Assembly: GCA_029288805.1 (NCBI GenBank)
Contig: JARIGO010000022.1
Location: 30,754 to 94,753, forward strand
Direction: 5' to 3'
Length of the DNA stretch: 64,000 nucleotides
Source: Candidatus Nomurabacteria bacterium
GTDB lineage: Bacteria > Patescibacteriota > Minisyncoccia > Phycocordibacterales > UBA9973
In this document: positions 55,474 through 63,751 of the stretch, piece by piece
How positions within the stretch are numbered: the first letter of the stretch is position 1
Layout: each line of letters opens with the position of its first letter
Made by a program: the position numbers and the translations under genes
The notes under the pieces: model-generated
What the model was told of the DNA's origin: nothing
Database searches by the model: none
Seen by the model: the letters and a program-made list of their open reading frames with translations, nothing else

Positions 55474-56273
55474 ATAAAAAATATATTTCGTAACAGTGAC
55501 ACTACGGTCAATGGACCGACACCGCCAGGCACCGGTGTGTACAAGAACGCCTTGTCAGCGCATGCAGGGTCTATATCCCCAACCAATTTTCCTGATTGCT
55601 CACTGGTTCCCGCATCAATAAGCACTACGCCCTCCTTTACCATGTCGGGAGTAATGCCATGAGGCACTCCGGTACCGGAAATGACAACGTCTGCCCCAAG
55701 CAGTGCGGCGCGTTTTTTGTCTTCAGGAGTTTCCATATCGATCCACGTATAACGAAGCTCCTGTCGATCAAGCATCATGGCAATTGGCTCTCCTACCAGT
55801 CTGCCCTTGCCAAGCACAACGATGTTCTTGCCAATCAGTATCACTTTGTGATGCCATAGTATTTCCTGTACCGCAGCGGCAACCGGGGGCGTACGTTCGG
55901 TCGTGGCATTACGATAATGCACTTTTGCATCCTCGCTGAGCATATCAATGTCATATGAAGTATCGATGCTATCAATGACCAAGTCGGTATCGATACCAGC
56001 AGGTAACGGCAACTGCACGACGATACCGTCGTACTGCTGTTCCATAGCTTCTGCCACTACAGCCAAAGCCTCAACGGTATCAGAACTGTCCTTTTGTACA
56101 TGTACCGCTTCAATGCCCACCTGCCGAGCAAGCTTCATTTTCATGCCAACAAAGCTCGTACTGGCGGCATCAGTACCAAACTGAATAAAACACACACGCT
56201 TGCTGTTTTTCTGAGCAAGCGCTGTTAGCTCCTTCACTATTGCCTCTTTTATTTCTGCGGTATTAGTTGTCAT
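55470..56273 (-). CDS. folD: bifunctional methylenetetrahydrofolate dehydrogenase/cyclohydrolase
   Basis: C-terminal TPVPGGVGPLTVVSLLRN and the NAD(P)-binding GxSxxxG region. Confidence 0.9.
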   Translation of the reverse strand: MTTNTAEIKEAIVKELTALAQKNSKRVCFIQFGTDAASTSFVGMKMKLARQVGIEAVHVQKDSSDTVEALAVVAEAMEQQYDGIVVQLPLPAGIDTDLVIDSIDTSYDIDMLSEDAKVHYRNATTERTPPVAAAVQEILWHHKVILIGKNIVVLGKGRLVGEPIAMMLDRQELRYTWIDMETPEDKKRAALLGADVVISGTGVPHGITPDMVKEGVVLIDAGTSEQSGKLVGDIDPACADKAFLYTPVPGGVGPLTVVSLLRNIFFI

Positions 56274-57435
56274 GAATATTCTTTCTTAAAATGCTATCAA
56301 TGCGCTCGGCCAAGGCCAGCATATCATCAGTCGTCTTGCCTCGTGTCGTTTCCGCTGCAGTACCAATGCGAATGCCTGAAGGGTCATTGGGTGTTTTGGT
56401 ATCAAATGGAATGGTGTTTTTATTTACAATGACCCCCTCCTTTTCCAATGCATCGCTTGCGTCCTTGCCTGATATGCCACCAATCCAGGTATCGACGAGG
56501 AATAAGTGCGTATCTGTTCCTCCTGAAATGATACGCCAGCCTTTTTCCTGCAAAGCCTGAGACAGTGTCTGGGCATTATTAATAACCTGTTGGGCATACA
56601 CACCAAACTCTGGCTGAGCTGCTTCATAGAGCGCCACGGCGATGCCAGCGATGGTATTCATGTGAGGACCGCCCTGTAAGCCTGGAAAGACTGCCTTGTT
56701 GATTTTTTCACTGTATGCCTTACGAGAAAAAATCAGCGCTCCACGCGGACCACGCAAGGTCTTGTGCGTAGTCATCATCACCGTATCCGCATACGCAAAT
56801 GGACTTGGATACACCCCACCAGCAATCAGTCCCGCTATGTGTGAAGCATCGACGTGCAGCAACGCTCCACTTTCATCTGCAATGGCACGCAAGGCATCCC
56901 AATCAATGATACGTGAGTATGCGGTATATCCGGCTACAATGACATTTGGTTTTTCCTGCAATGCAATGGCACGCAACGCATCATGATCAAGCACTTCCGT
57001 TTCCTGGTCTACTTCATACGCAATCTGCTTCCACCATTTCCCTGTTTGTGACACTTTGTGGCCGTGCGTAAGGTGTCCACCATGATCGAGCCGTAGGCCC
57101 ATAATGCTTCCTCCTTCAGGTACCAGTGCCGCATAGACAGCGAGATTGGCAGGTGATCCGGACAATGCCTGAACGTTAACTGACCATTCATCAGGAGAAA
57201 GGCTAAAGAGTTTCAATGCCCGCTGCTGCGCCAAGACTTCCAACGTATCCATGTGCTCATTACCGCCATAGTATCGCGCACCAGGATAGCCTTCCGCATA
57301 TTTGTTGGTCAACGTACTTCCCAGTGCCGTCATGACATCCTCCGAAACGTAATTCTCAGACGCAATCAAATTGACGTCTTGTTCCTGACGCTTGGCTTCG
57401 TACTGTAGCAATAGTTGTACGTCTGTATCCTTCAT
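56263..57435 (-). CDS. glyA: serine hydroxymethyltransferase
   Basis: LIASENYVSEDVMTALGS... and the PLP-lysine region TTHKTLRGPRGA. Confidence 0.95.
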   Translation of the reverse strand: MKDTDVQLLLQYEAKRQEQDVNLIASENYVSEDVMTALGSTLTNKYAEGYPGARYYGGNEHMDTLEVLAQQRALKLFSLSPDEWSVNVQALSGSPANLAVYAALVPEGGSIMGLRLDHGGHLTHGHKVSQTGKWWKQIAYEVDQETEVLDHDALRAIALQEKPNVIVAGYTAYSRIIDWDALRAIADESGALLHVDASHIAGLIAGGVYPSPFAYADTVMMTTHKTLRGPRGALIFSRKAYSEKINKAVFPGLQGGPHMNTIAGIAVALYEAAQPEFGVYAQQVINNAQTLSQALQEKGWRIISGGTDTHLFLVDTWIGGISGKDASDALEKEGVIVNKNTIPFDTKTPNDPSGIRIGTAAETTRGKTTDDMLALAERIDSILRKNIHDN

Positions 57436-57447
57436 TGGAGTAATGAT

Positions 57448-58335
57448 TTATCGAGGGAAAATATCGAGCAATTCGTTTGACTGGTAGAACAATGTACCAA
57501 GCTCGCCAAAGGCATATTGCTGACCACCGAGCGTAATGGTAGAACCCGCAACCTTAGGATTGGCATTTGGGTGTGAGGCACCAAATCCAATATTAAAGAG
57601 CGTTACCACGACATCCGGACGAGCGGTAACGTCATATCCAGACGCAGCCCATTGCGCTTCAATTTCCTTGATGAAGACCGCCGTATACAAATATGAGTAA
57701 TAGTGGTTGTGTGCATCAGTAAGACGGTTGTACAAGGTACTGTCATGATCTGCACCTGCAGGATATGCCAAGAGCGGTGCAATATTTGGACCAGGATAAA
57801 ACGGTGAGCTTGGATCGTTGGCATAGTTTTCGATCTGCGTAGCAGTATCCTGCTTGATGCCGGACACTCCCAATGAGAACTTGGACAATGAGGAAAGAAT
57901 CTTTAACGGTTCAAAATATTTCTTGAAACTTTCGCGGTTGGAAGTGAAATATCGCAATTGCTCCGGTATGACTGCAGCGGCAATCATGCGCTCTGGCACG
58001 CCCGTCTGACTTGAAACCTGCTCCAAGACACTGCCGTCTTTTGTGAGCGCATTCTGCAAGACATTCCATTCCTCGGTCTGATCCCAGTCACATGTCTTTG
58101 GCGTCTTGCCATTCACTGCCTGACAGGTGCTCGTCACTGTTGTGTTGGGCACAGCACCAAGAGAAACATTACGAACAGCGCTGGAGCCACGAACATTAAA
58201 GAGTCCGTACTGCATTGCCACAAAGACACCGGCAAAGACCAAACCGATGAACGCGAATAGCAGGATGATGATAAATACATAGCGGCGGATGCCAAACTTA
58301 GTATTGAGCCAGGAGAATGGGCGGAATTTTTTCAT
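57448..58335 (-). CDS. hypothetical N-terminally anchored extracytoplasmic protein
   Basis: 295 aa. One TM near the N-terminus, then a Cys-containing globular domain. No family assigned. Confidence 0.45.
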   Translation of the reverse strand: MKKFRPFSWLNTKFGIRRYVFIIILLFAFIGLVFAGVFVAMQYGLFNVRGSSAVRNVSLGAVPNTTVTSTCQAVNGKTPKTCDWDQTEEWNVLQNALTKDGSVLEQVSSQTGVPERMIAAAVIPEQLRYFTSNRESFKKYFEPLKILSSLSKFSLGVSGIKQDTATQIENYANDPSSPFYPGPNIAPLLAYPAGADHDSTLYNRLTDAHNHYYSYLYTAVFIKEIEAQWAASGYDVTARPDVVVTLFNIGFGASHPNANPKVAGSTITLGGQQYAFGELGTLFYQSNELLDIFPR

Positions 58336-58367
58336 GCAGACACTATACCAAAGATACCCGTATAAAA

Positions 58368-58400
58368 AAAGAAAAGCCTTTCCAAAGGAAAGGCTTTTTA
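58368..58400. terminator. bidirectional terminator bounding the housekeeping block
   Basis: AAAAGCCTTTCC-aaa-GGAAAGGCTTTT hairpin with T-runs on both strands. Confidence 0.65.
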
Positions 58401-58566
58401 ATATAACTATATAGTGAAGGTATTCAATCCGAAGAGTGAATACCGTGATTGCGAAAAGAACAGATTAAAGAACTTTTATATCTATAATGTATCAGATAGA
58501 ATGCAATTTGTCAAGGGCATTTTTAGGCAAAGGAAATGGCCCGGTTACTACGTAACCGGGCCGTGC

Positions 58567-58920
58567 TCACGACAACACTTCCCACACGCCGAAGATCGTG
58601 GAGAGCTTGTTTAGAATTGTCAGGTGGTGTTTTTGAACAAACCGTTTTATGTGTGGTTCCGCTTGGGCCACATACACAATGAACTTGCCGCGGTAGGTCT
58701 TATGAATTTCTGCATAGAATTCTTCCAAAGAAGGATTGCTATCATCAAATTCTACTTCAAACATGACAGACGTAACGTTCACGGCGGACAACACTGCCTC
58801 CGCTTCCCTAACTGTAGAAACGACGTGAATGTCATCGTTTGGCATGTACCTACGCAGGTCAGCTACAAACTTTTCAAACGGGGTCTTGCTAAAAAACAGG
58901 ACAACTTTTTTCTTTTGCAT
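58567..58920 (-). CDS. hypothetical protein with a receiver/flavodoxin-like alpha/beta pattern but no conserved phospho-acceptor Asp
   Basis: 117 aa. The VVLFF / IHVV / SVMFEVEF / FIVYVA beta-strand periodicity resembles a CheY fold. The acidic pocket residues are not conserved. Confidence 0.35.
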   Translation of the reverse strand: MQKKKVVLFFSKTPFEKFVADLRRYMPNDDIHVVSTVREAEAVLSAVNVTSVMFEVEFDDSNPSLEEFYAEIHKTYRGKFIVYVAQAEPHIKRFVQKHHLTILNKLSTIFGVWEVLS

Positions 58921-58999
58921 AATATAAAAACTTTTCTTTAGTATATATCAGATTTATTGACAAGTCAATATAGTGTGTTAAAGTAAGAAAAACATTCAA

Positions 59000-59536
59000 A
59001 TGATGAAAAAGAAAGATCTGTTGCTCGAGCAAATTCTTGGTCAGTGTTACATGGGATCCAGTACAAACTACTGGGTACCGTTGACAATCTATAACCCTGA
59101 GGCTCACTCGTACCAAACTCGTTATTTCAACGCCACGGATGTCTACCGCATGCGACAGGCGGGCATAGAGTGGCTGGTGCAAATGTGCAATCACGCTTTA
59201 GCGGAAAGATCCGAGCCATGGTGGCACCATGCATGGAACATTCGAGAACACCTTGAAGTTGACCCTGCAAAGTATATCTTTCCTGAGACGGACAAAATTG
59301 GAAGTGACGTCGAGAAAGAAAAAATTCTGCAGGCACTGTTTTGGTTTGCTAAGCAACTGTACGTTTGCAAGCGCTACAAATGGCGCCAGCCCCTCCTTTG
59401 GGAGGACATGAGAAAAGATTATCTCTCTTCAAGAAAATTTTTTGGCGCAGCTTCACCGTTCCACATACGCCTTCTGATGCTTCATATTGCCGCACAGATC
59501 GGCTACAACGAACTAGGAAATGTTGCGGGTGACTAA
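59000..59536 (+). CDS. hypothetical protein; C-terminal R-x4-H (RLLMLH) hints at a HEPN-like fold
   Basis: 178 aa, Trp-rich and helical. The call is speculative. Confidence 0.35.
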   Translation: MMKKKDLLLEQILGQCYMGSSTNYWVPLTIYNPEAHSYQTRYFNATDVYRMRQAGIEWLVQMCNHALAERSEPWWHHAWNIREHLEVDPAKYIFPETDKIGSDVEKEKILQALFWFAKQLYVCKRYKWRQPLLWEDMRKDYLSSRKFFGAASPFHIRLLMLHIAAQIGYNELGNVAGD

Positions 59537-59702
59537 ATGACCTAAGTCCTTCTTTAATACGGAGGGACTTTTTTATTTGTGAACTTGCGGCTTGCAGGAA
59601 ATAACACCCAGTTGACTACCGCTTTTACTTCCCTCTCCAAAAATCTCTTGGGAACAAAGGAGTTTTGGGAAAAAATCAGACATGATCTGGTAAACCTTAA
59701 AT

Positions 59703-60290
59703 CTATATCAAACGAAATACTGCGACAATAAACAATATCAGACCAAGAATAAACGAGGAGATGAAGGCGTAATAAATTATATTCAAAAAAAGTGCAGAGG
59801 AAGGCTTCATATTATTAGCAAACCTTTTGTTCTCCTCAATACTGTCTTCATTATACTGATCTATTTCTTCCGTAGTGAGAGTATTATCGTTCGCACTCAT
59901 TAGTATCGGCTTTATTAAGTCCAGTTGTTTCCCAAGCGACTTCATTTGTATGTCAGCGATCTTATTTAAATCCTTCCTGTCTTTTATTGGAGCATAAATA
60001 CTTAGAATAAATCCAAGTATGAACGTCAGTATAAATACATACATATCTGATCGAAGAATGATGTGGCTGAAATGTAGTGAAGACTGAAGAGCTAATGGGA
60101 TTACCACACCAACCACAACTATGCTGGCACTGATCAAAGCTAAATTTAGATTGTATTGTTTATCAGAAGTATTACGAAGTCCCTCTTGAATAAATTCAAC
60201 TTGAGAGTGATAAATGTCAGTTATTCTGTCTCTTGACCGTGAATATTCTTGCTTCGCGAGTTCCATTTGTTTTACAGAAAGTTGTGACAT
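59703..60290 (-). CDS. hypothetical membrane protein (AT-rich gene)
   Basis: 195 aa. N-terminal charged coiled segment and 3-4 TM helices. GC is noticeably lower than in the core genes. Confidence 0.45.
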   Translation of the reverse strand: MSQLSVKQMELAKQEYSRSRDRITDIYHSQVEFIQEGLRNTSDKQYNLNLALISASIVVVGVVIPLALQSSLHFSHIILRSDMYVFILTFILGFILSIYAPIKDRKDLNKIADIQMKSLGKQLDLIKPILMSANDNTLTTEEIDQYNEDSIEENKRFANNMKPSSALFLNIIYYAFISSFILGLILFIVAVFRLI

Positions 60291-60413
60291 TAATGTATTA
60301 TATCATTTTTGAGTTCGATTCCCCGTAACGTCTTAGGTTATTTTCAGAGAAATGAATTTGAAAACGGCCTTATAAATCAATGTTTATAAGTGTTTGAGGC
60401 TGTGAGCCGCGAG

Positions 60414-60485
60414 TGACCCTACGGGGAATCGAACCCCGATTAACGGCTTGAAAAGCCGGCGTCCTAACCGTTAGACGATAGGGCC
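60414..60485 (-). tRNA. tRNA-Glu (anticodon UUC)
   Basis: Manual cloverleaf: acceptor GGCCCTA/TAGGGTC, D-arm GTCT-AACGGTTA-GGAC, anticodon arm CCGGC-TTTTCAA-GCCG(T), 4-nt variable loop, T-arm CGGGG-TTCGATT-CCCCG, discriminator A, no encoded CCA. Confidence 0.85.
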
Positions 60486-60519
60486 AAATGAGCATTAGAA
60501 TAATGCCAACGTATTATAA

Positions 60520-60570
60520 ATAAAAATAGAAAAAAGTAAACCGCGCTTATGCTTCCATAAGCGCGGTCTT
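60520..60570 (-). terminator. terminator of the 60547-61080 gene; stem overlaps the stop codon
   Basis: ACCGCGCTTATG-gaag-CATAAGCGCGGT 12-bp stem on the minus strand, followed by TTTACTTTTTTCTATTTTT. Confidence 0.6.
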
Positions 60571-61080
60571 GCAAAGTAAGGGTGCGGTCTCATACCTAAA
60601 TGAATACAATTCGGCAAATACACATCCTTGATTGCTAAAAGAGACATAATAGACTTCATCCGCACGCGGTGGGTTTAGAGGAAACACCGTGCAGATAATA
60701 GGTCGTGGAGGGATACATAATGATGATTCGTCCTTCCTTGTACCGCTAAACTCAGGCTCAATTGCCTCAATGACATCACCGGAAGCAAAAACGATAAGCT
60801 TTTTCCCAGTTTCCTTCAGGAGCTTTAGAAAATGAAGCTTGCACATTTTGGGAAAACTCCTTGGCGGTAAGTGCCCGTACGTTTCCTCAATTTGTGGAGC
60901 GTCGAGATACAGGGTCCTGTGCGGATCGTTATCGTCCTCAATCATTTCCATCAGTCGTCCGGGAATTGAAATCTTGCAGATTTCAGGTTCGATACTGCTG
61001 TTCATTGGGCTCTTACACCTGGGTAATAAGCTCTTGCCATACTCAATGAATATGATCTCTGTTTCTTTAAGAAATCGCAT
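60547..61080 (-). CDS. hypothetical protein located between two divergent tRNA genes
   Basis: 177 aa and soluble, with several Cys. No recognisable family. Confidence 0.45.
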   Translation of the reverse strand: MRFLKETEIIFIEYGKSLLPRCKSPMNSSIEPEICKISIPGRLMEMIEDDNDPHRTLYLDAPQIEETYGHLPPRSFPKMCKLHFLKLLKETGKKLIVFASGDVIEAIEPEFSGTRKDESSLCIPPRPIICTVFPLNPPRADEVYYVSFSNQGCVFAELYSFRYETAPLLCKTALMEA

Positions 61081-61162
61081 AGTTAGTAAATTAAGGTATT
61101 TCTTCCAGTTTGCCTAAAATGCATTTTTTTGTCAAACTAGTCCGGTACCACTTCCCAACCCC

Positions 61163-61236
61163 GCGCGGTTAGCTCATATGGTTAGAGCGCAGCATTGACA
61201 TTGCTGAGGTGACAGGTTCGATCCCTGTATCGCGCA
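61163..61236 (+). tRNA. tRNA-Val (anticodon GAC)
   Basis: Manual cloverleaf: acceptor GCGCGGT/ATCGCGC, U8A9, D-arm GCTC-ATATGGTTA-GAGC, anticodon arm CAGCA-TTGACAT-TGCTG, variable AGGTG, T-arm ACAGG-TTCGATC-CCTGT, discriminator A. Confidence 0.9.
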
Positions 61237-61266
61237 CAGTATTAGACTGTAATTCGAAAAAGTAAA

Positions 61267-61307
61267 AAGCCTTATAACGTAAGGCTTTTTACTTTTCAAA
61301 AAGATTA
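61267..61307. terminator. long bidirectional hairpin between tRNA-Val and the GC-rich ORF
   Basis: AAAAGTAAAAAGCCTTA-taacg-TAAGGCTTTTTACTTTT, a stem of about 17 bp. Confidence 0.6.
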
Positions 61308-61325
61308 ACAATTTATAAAATATGC

Positions 61326-61607
61326 CTACACCTTGTAATGGCTGGAACCCCTGCGGAACAGCCTGTCCAGGAACCTCTTCTCAACCCTGGACTGCAGCTC
61401 CTCCCGTGACAGTGGCCTGCTGAGGTACACAAGCCGGTACAGCTGCGCCAGCCTAAAGAGCTCGTCGCGCGCCTGCTCGTCGCTCAGCACCCTTCCGTAC
61501 GCCTTCTCGTACAGCCCTTGGAACGTTTTCAAATTTTCTGGTGTCATGTCCATGCCCGCATGATGACACGCGGTGCCAGCCTTGGCCAGGGCTGAGTCGG
61601 CGGGCAA
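61326..61607 (-). CDS. hypothetical protein encoded in a GC-rich (about 60%) segment; likely horizontally acquired fragment
   Basis: 93-aa ORF. Local composition differs sharply from the flanks (runs like ctgcgccagcc, gtcgcgcgcctgctcgtcgctcag). It lies 90 nt downstream of the tRNA-Val 3' end. Confidence 0.35.
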   Translation of the reverse strand: MPADSALAKAGTACHHAGMDMTPENLKTFQGLYEKAYGRVLSDEQARDELFRLAQLYRLVYLSRPLSREELQSRVEKRFLDRLFRRGSSHYKV

Positions 61608-61658
61608 TTTACCTTACATAACTTTATTATTACTTTAAGATACAGATGCTATGATCTA

Positions 61659-62396
61659 TTGATGAAAGAAAGTATTCCATTAATAGACCCAATTTGGTAT
61701 TCCCCCGTTGTGGTGTTAAACCATGTTACAAGACTGACAAATTCACTATCTGAAAAAGACAGGAAGAGTAAGGAGTTTAGGAAGGTTGTTGAGGCACGAG
61801 CAGCCGCAATTACGCTTTTGGGTTTGATGAAGATTAACGGTACTCAATATTGGATGCAGATTGTGGATGATAAAGAGAGAAGCCCCGACATAAGAACTAT
61901 TTCCTATGCGACGGAGCAGCCGGAAAAATTTGACAACATGGAGCAGCAAGATGTCGAGGTAGTTGAATATGAGCAACATTCAGAAGGGGCCATTCCGGAG
62001 TTCTTAGCCTCGACCAAGTTTGGGCCCGGAAAGAGTTACGACGAGCAAACCCATATTCTTTGCCACCTGGGAGAAGGGACTGTCATAAATTTACCTGATA
62101 TTACTGAGATGAAAAACCAAATGGCCATAATCAATACAAAATCACCGATAGTATTATTAGGGGCAACTTCTCAGGAAGCCACTGACTATCAAATTATTCA
62201 ATTGAATCCCGGTGTTGGTATTTTGGTTGAATTCAACGTTGAGGATGAGGAGCGCATTTTATTCGGAAGGCCCGACTATAAAGGTATCATGTATTTTAAA
62301 AGGGGCTCAAGAAAACCCAGTGTGCATGATCCTAACGATAAGCATTATCCATTTGAAAATATAGGATATGTTCCTGATAAAAATGGCAATTATTGA
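61659..62396 (+). CDS. hypothetical protein
   Basis: 245 aa, soluble and acidic, in an AT-rich context. No motif assigned. Confidence 0.45.
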   Translation: MMKESIPLIDPIWYSPVVVLNHVTRLTNSLSEKDRKSKEFRKVVEARAAAITLLGLMKINGTQYWMQIVDDKERSPDIRTISYATEQPEKFDNMEQQDVEVVEYEQHSEGAIPEFLASTKFGPGKSYDEQTHILCHLGEGTVINLPDITEMKNQMAIINTKSPIVLLGATSQEATDYQIIQLNPGVGILVEFNVEDEERILFGRPDYKGIMYFKRGSRKPSVHDPNDKHYPFENIGYVPDKNGNY

Positions 62397-62523
62397 TATT
62401 ATGTTCTCCCCCACTTATTAACAATAGAGAAGTATTGTTTATCAGAATTTCTCACAAAGAAGTTCCTGACTTCGTACAATAGAGAGCACCAAGACGATAT
62501 TGACGATGTTTTTTGAAATAAAA

Positions 62524-62555
62524 AAGCCTGCAATATTTAAATAACAGGCTTCGGT
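62524..62555. terminator. bidirectional terminator between the convergent 61659-62396 and 62568-62873 genes
   Basis: AAGCCTG-caatatttaaataa-CAGGCTT hairpin with flanking A/T runs. Confidence 0.4.
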
Positions 62556-62567
62556 AGTTGAATTGGT

Positions 62568-62873
62568 TTACATCTTATGTTCCCATCCAGCTTTGGTTAA
62601 TATTTCAATTATTTGATCTTCTTTTAATTCACAGACATCTTTTTGCTGTGCATCAAAGTATTTTGCTTGACCACTTGCATAAAATGACCATGCCGGCACA
62701 CCTACTATGGTTGCGGCACTCGGACTAAAACCTATGCATGCAGAAAAGGTATCTCCTGGAGAAAATCCGAGCTCTCCTTCGAAAGTCATTCTGAACATGA
62801 GTATGTTCTCAGAATTATTTTTATCCGGAAAAACCTTTAGGTCAATTATTGTCATGACATTAACTTTATTCAT
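62568..62873 (-). CDS. hypothetical small protein (cassette gene preceded by repeat copy A)
   Basis: 101 aa. Has the same upstream repeat arrangement as the 63135-63563 gene. Confidence 0.4.
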   Translation of the reverse strand: MNKVNVMTIIDLKVFPDKNNSENILMFRMTFEGELGFSPGDTFSACIGFSPSAATIVGVPAWSFYASGQAKYFDAQQKDVCELKEDQIIEILTKAGWEHKM

Positions 62874-63011
62874 CGCTATATAAGTTTAATTGTTTACCGC
62901 AAATTCCATAAGAATTTCTGGTAAACACTTAAACCATTACAAAGAACTTTACGTTAATATAATATCACGTTTTATATTAAAAGTCAATAGATCCGTATCG
63001 GTTCAATGTCC

Positions 63012-63062
63012 TTAAATACCCTATTCCACTTCAAAATAATACCTTGCACCGTGTTCCATTAC
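63012..63062 (-). repeat. repeat copy A: diverged coding remnant (…WNTVQGIILKWNRVFKD…) homologous to copy B
   Basis: About 75% nt identity over 51 nt with 63620-63670. The minus-strand translation aligns with copy B at the protein level, but is bounded by stop codons on both sides. Confidence 0.6.
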
Positions 63063-63097
63063 TAACTCGTGACCGAACCTTTATCGCTCACAAATTG

Positions 63098-63128
63098 AAA
63101 AGGCTTCTATAAAATAGAAGCCTTTTTA
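63098..63128. terminator. terminator downstream of the 63135-63563 gene
   Basis: AAAAGGCTTCTAT-aaaa-TAGAAGCCTTTTT hairpin. Confidence 0.6.
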
Positions 63129-63134
63129 AGGAAT

Positions 63135-63563
63135 TTAAACAAAATGGAGTTCTCTGGCAGTAGTAACTTGACTGTACTCAAACAAGTCGAGCGTATGGTC
63201 GTTTAGTCGAACAGAATGGTGGAACCAAAAATTTATTCCTTTCTGAACTTCGTGGCCAGTAACCTCACAATATGCAGGGTACTGAATTGCATTAATAAAG
63301 TTTTCGATAGTCTCTTTAATGGTCGTACCACGTATCTTATCTTCAAGGGTTTTTCCATTAACATCCTTGAAGACAATGTAGCCCTCGCCAACAACGTTTA
63401 TGTAATATCCATCACCAGTAGTGGAAACGCACAATATGTTGTGGTCTTTTAAATGATAGTAACCACTTTTCCCATACGTAAATTTAAAAATTTCTTGCAT
63501 GCCTTTTAGGTATGCAAGCGGCTCCTTTTCTGTTGGAAGCAGTATTTGTTTTCTATAGTCCAT
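63135..63563 (-). CDS. hypothetical small protein, possibly SMI1/KNR4 (SUKH)-like immunity-type protein
   Basis: 142 aa. ILCVSTTGDGYYINVVGEGYIVFKD and the overall beta-rich pattern weakly resemble SUKH-1 immunity proteins. A toxin-remnant-like ORF ends 17 nt upstream. Confidence 0.35.
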   Translation of the reverse strand: MDYRKQILLPTEKEPLAYLKGMQEIFKFTYGKSGYYHLKDHNILCVSTTGDGYYINVVGEGYIVFKDVNGKTLEDKIRGTTIKETIENFINAIQYPAYCEVTGHEVQKGINFWFHHSVRLNDHTLDLFEYSQVTTARELHFV

Positions 63564-63579
63564 TTTTTTAAAGTTTTAC

Positions 63580-63726
63580 TCATATTGCCTTATGCAGAGA
63601 ATAAGTCAACCCTCTTTGTTTAAAGACCTTATTCCATTTGATAACAATATTCTGCACGGTGTCCCATTCCAGGCCGCTAACGCGCACAAATTTGACATTT
63701 CTTCCACGTAAGGTAAGGTAAAGAAA
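63580..63726 (-). pseudogene. short ORF/remnant containing repeat copy B (…RVSGLEWDTVQNIVIKWNKVFKQRGLTYSLHKAI*) ending 17 nt upstream of the 63135-63563 gene
   Basis: Open minus-strand frame of about 48 codons bounded upstream by TAA, with only TTG/GTG possible starts. It is homologous to copy A, which points to the C-terminal fragment of a larger gene family. Confidence 0.4.
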
Positions 63727-63751
63727 ATTCAAACTTTAAAAAAATACTCAT

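Noticed and set aside
58414-58614. 66-aa plus-strand ORF and a perfect 11-bp-stem hairpin (GGCCCGGTTAC-tac-GTAACCGGGCC, 58537-58563) in the 58396-58566 gap
   Set aside because: The ORF has no promoter or SD context and overlaps the hairpin. The hairpin lies just downstream of the 58567-58920 gene and probably helps its termination. A small ncRNA cannot be excluded, but nothing supports one.
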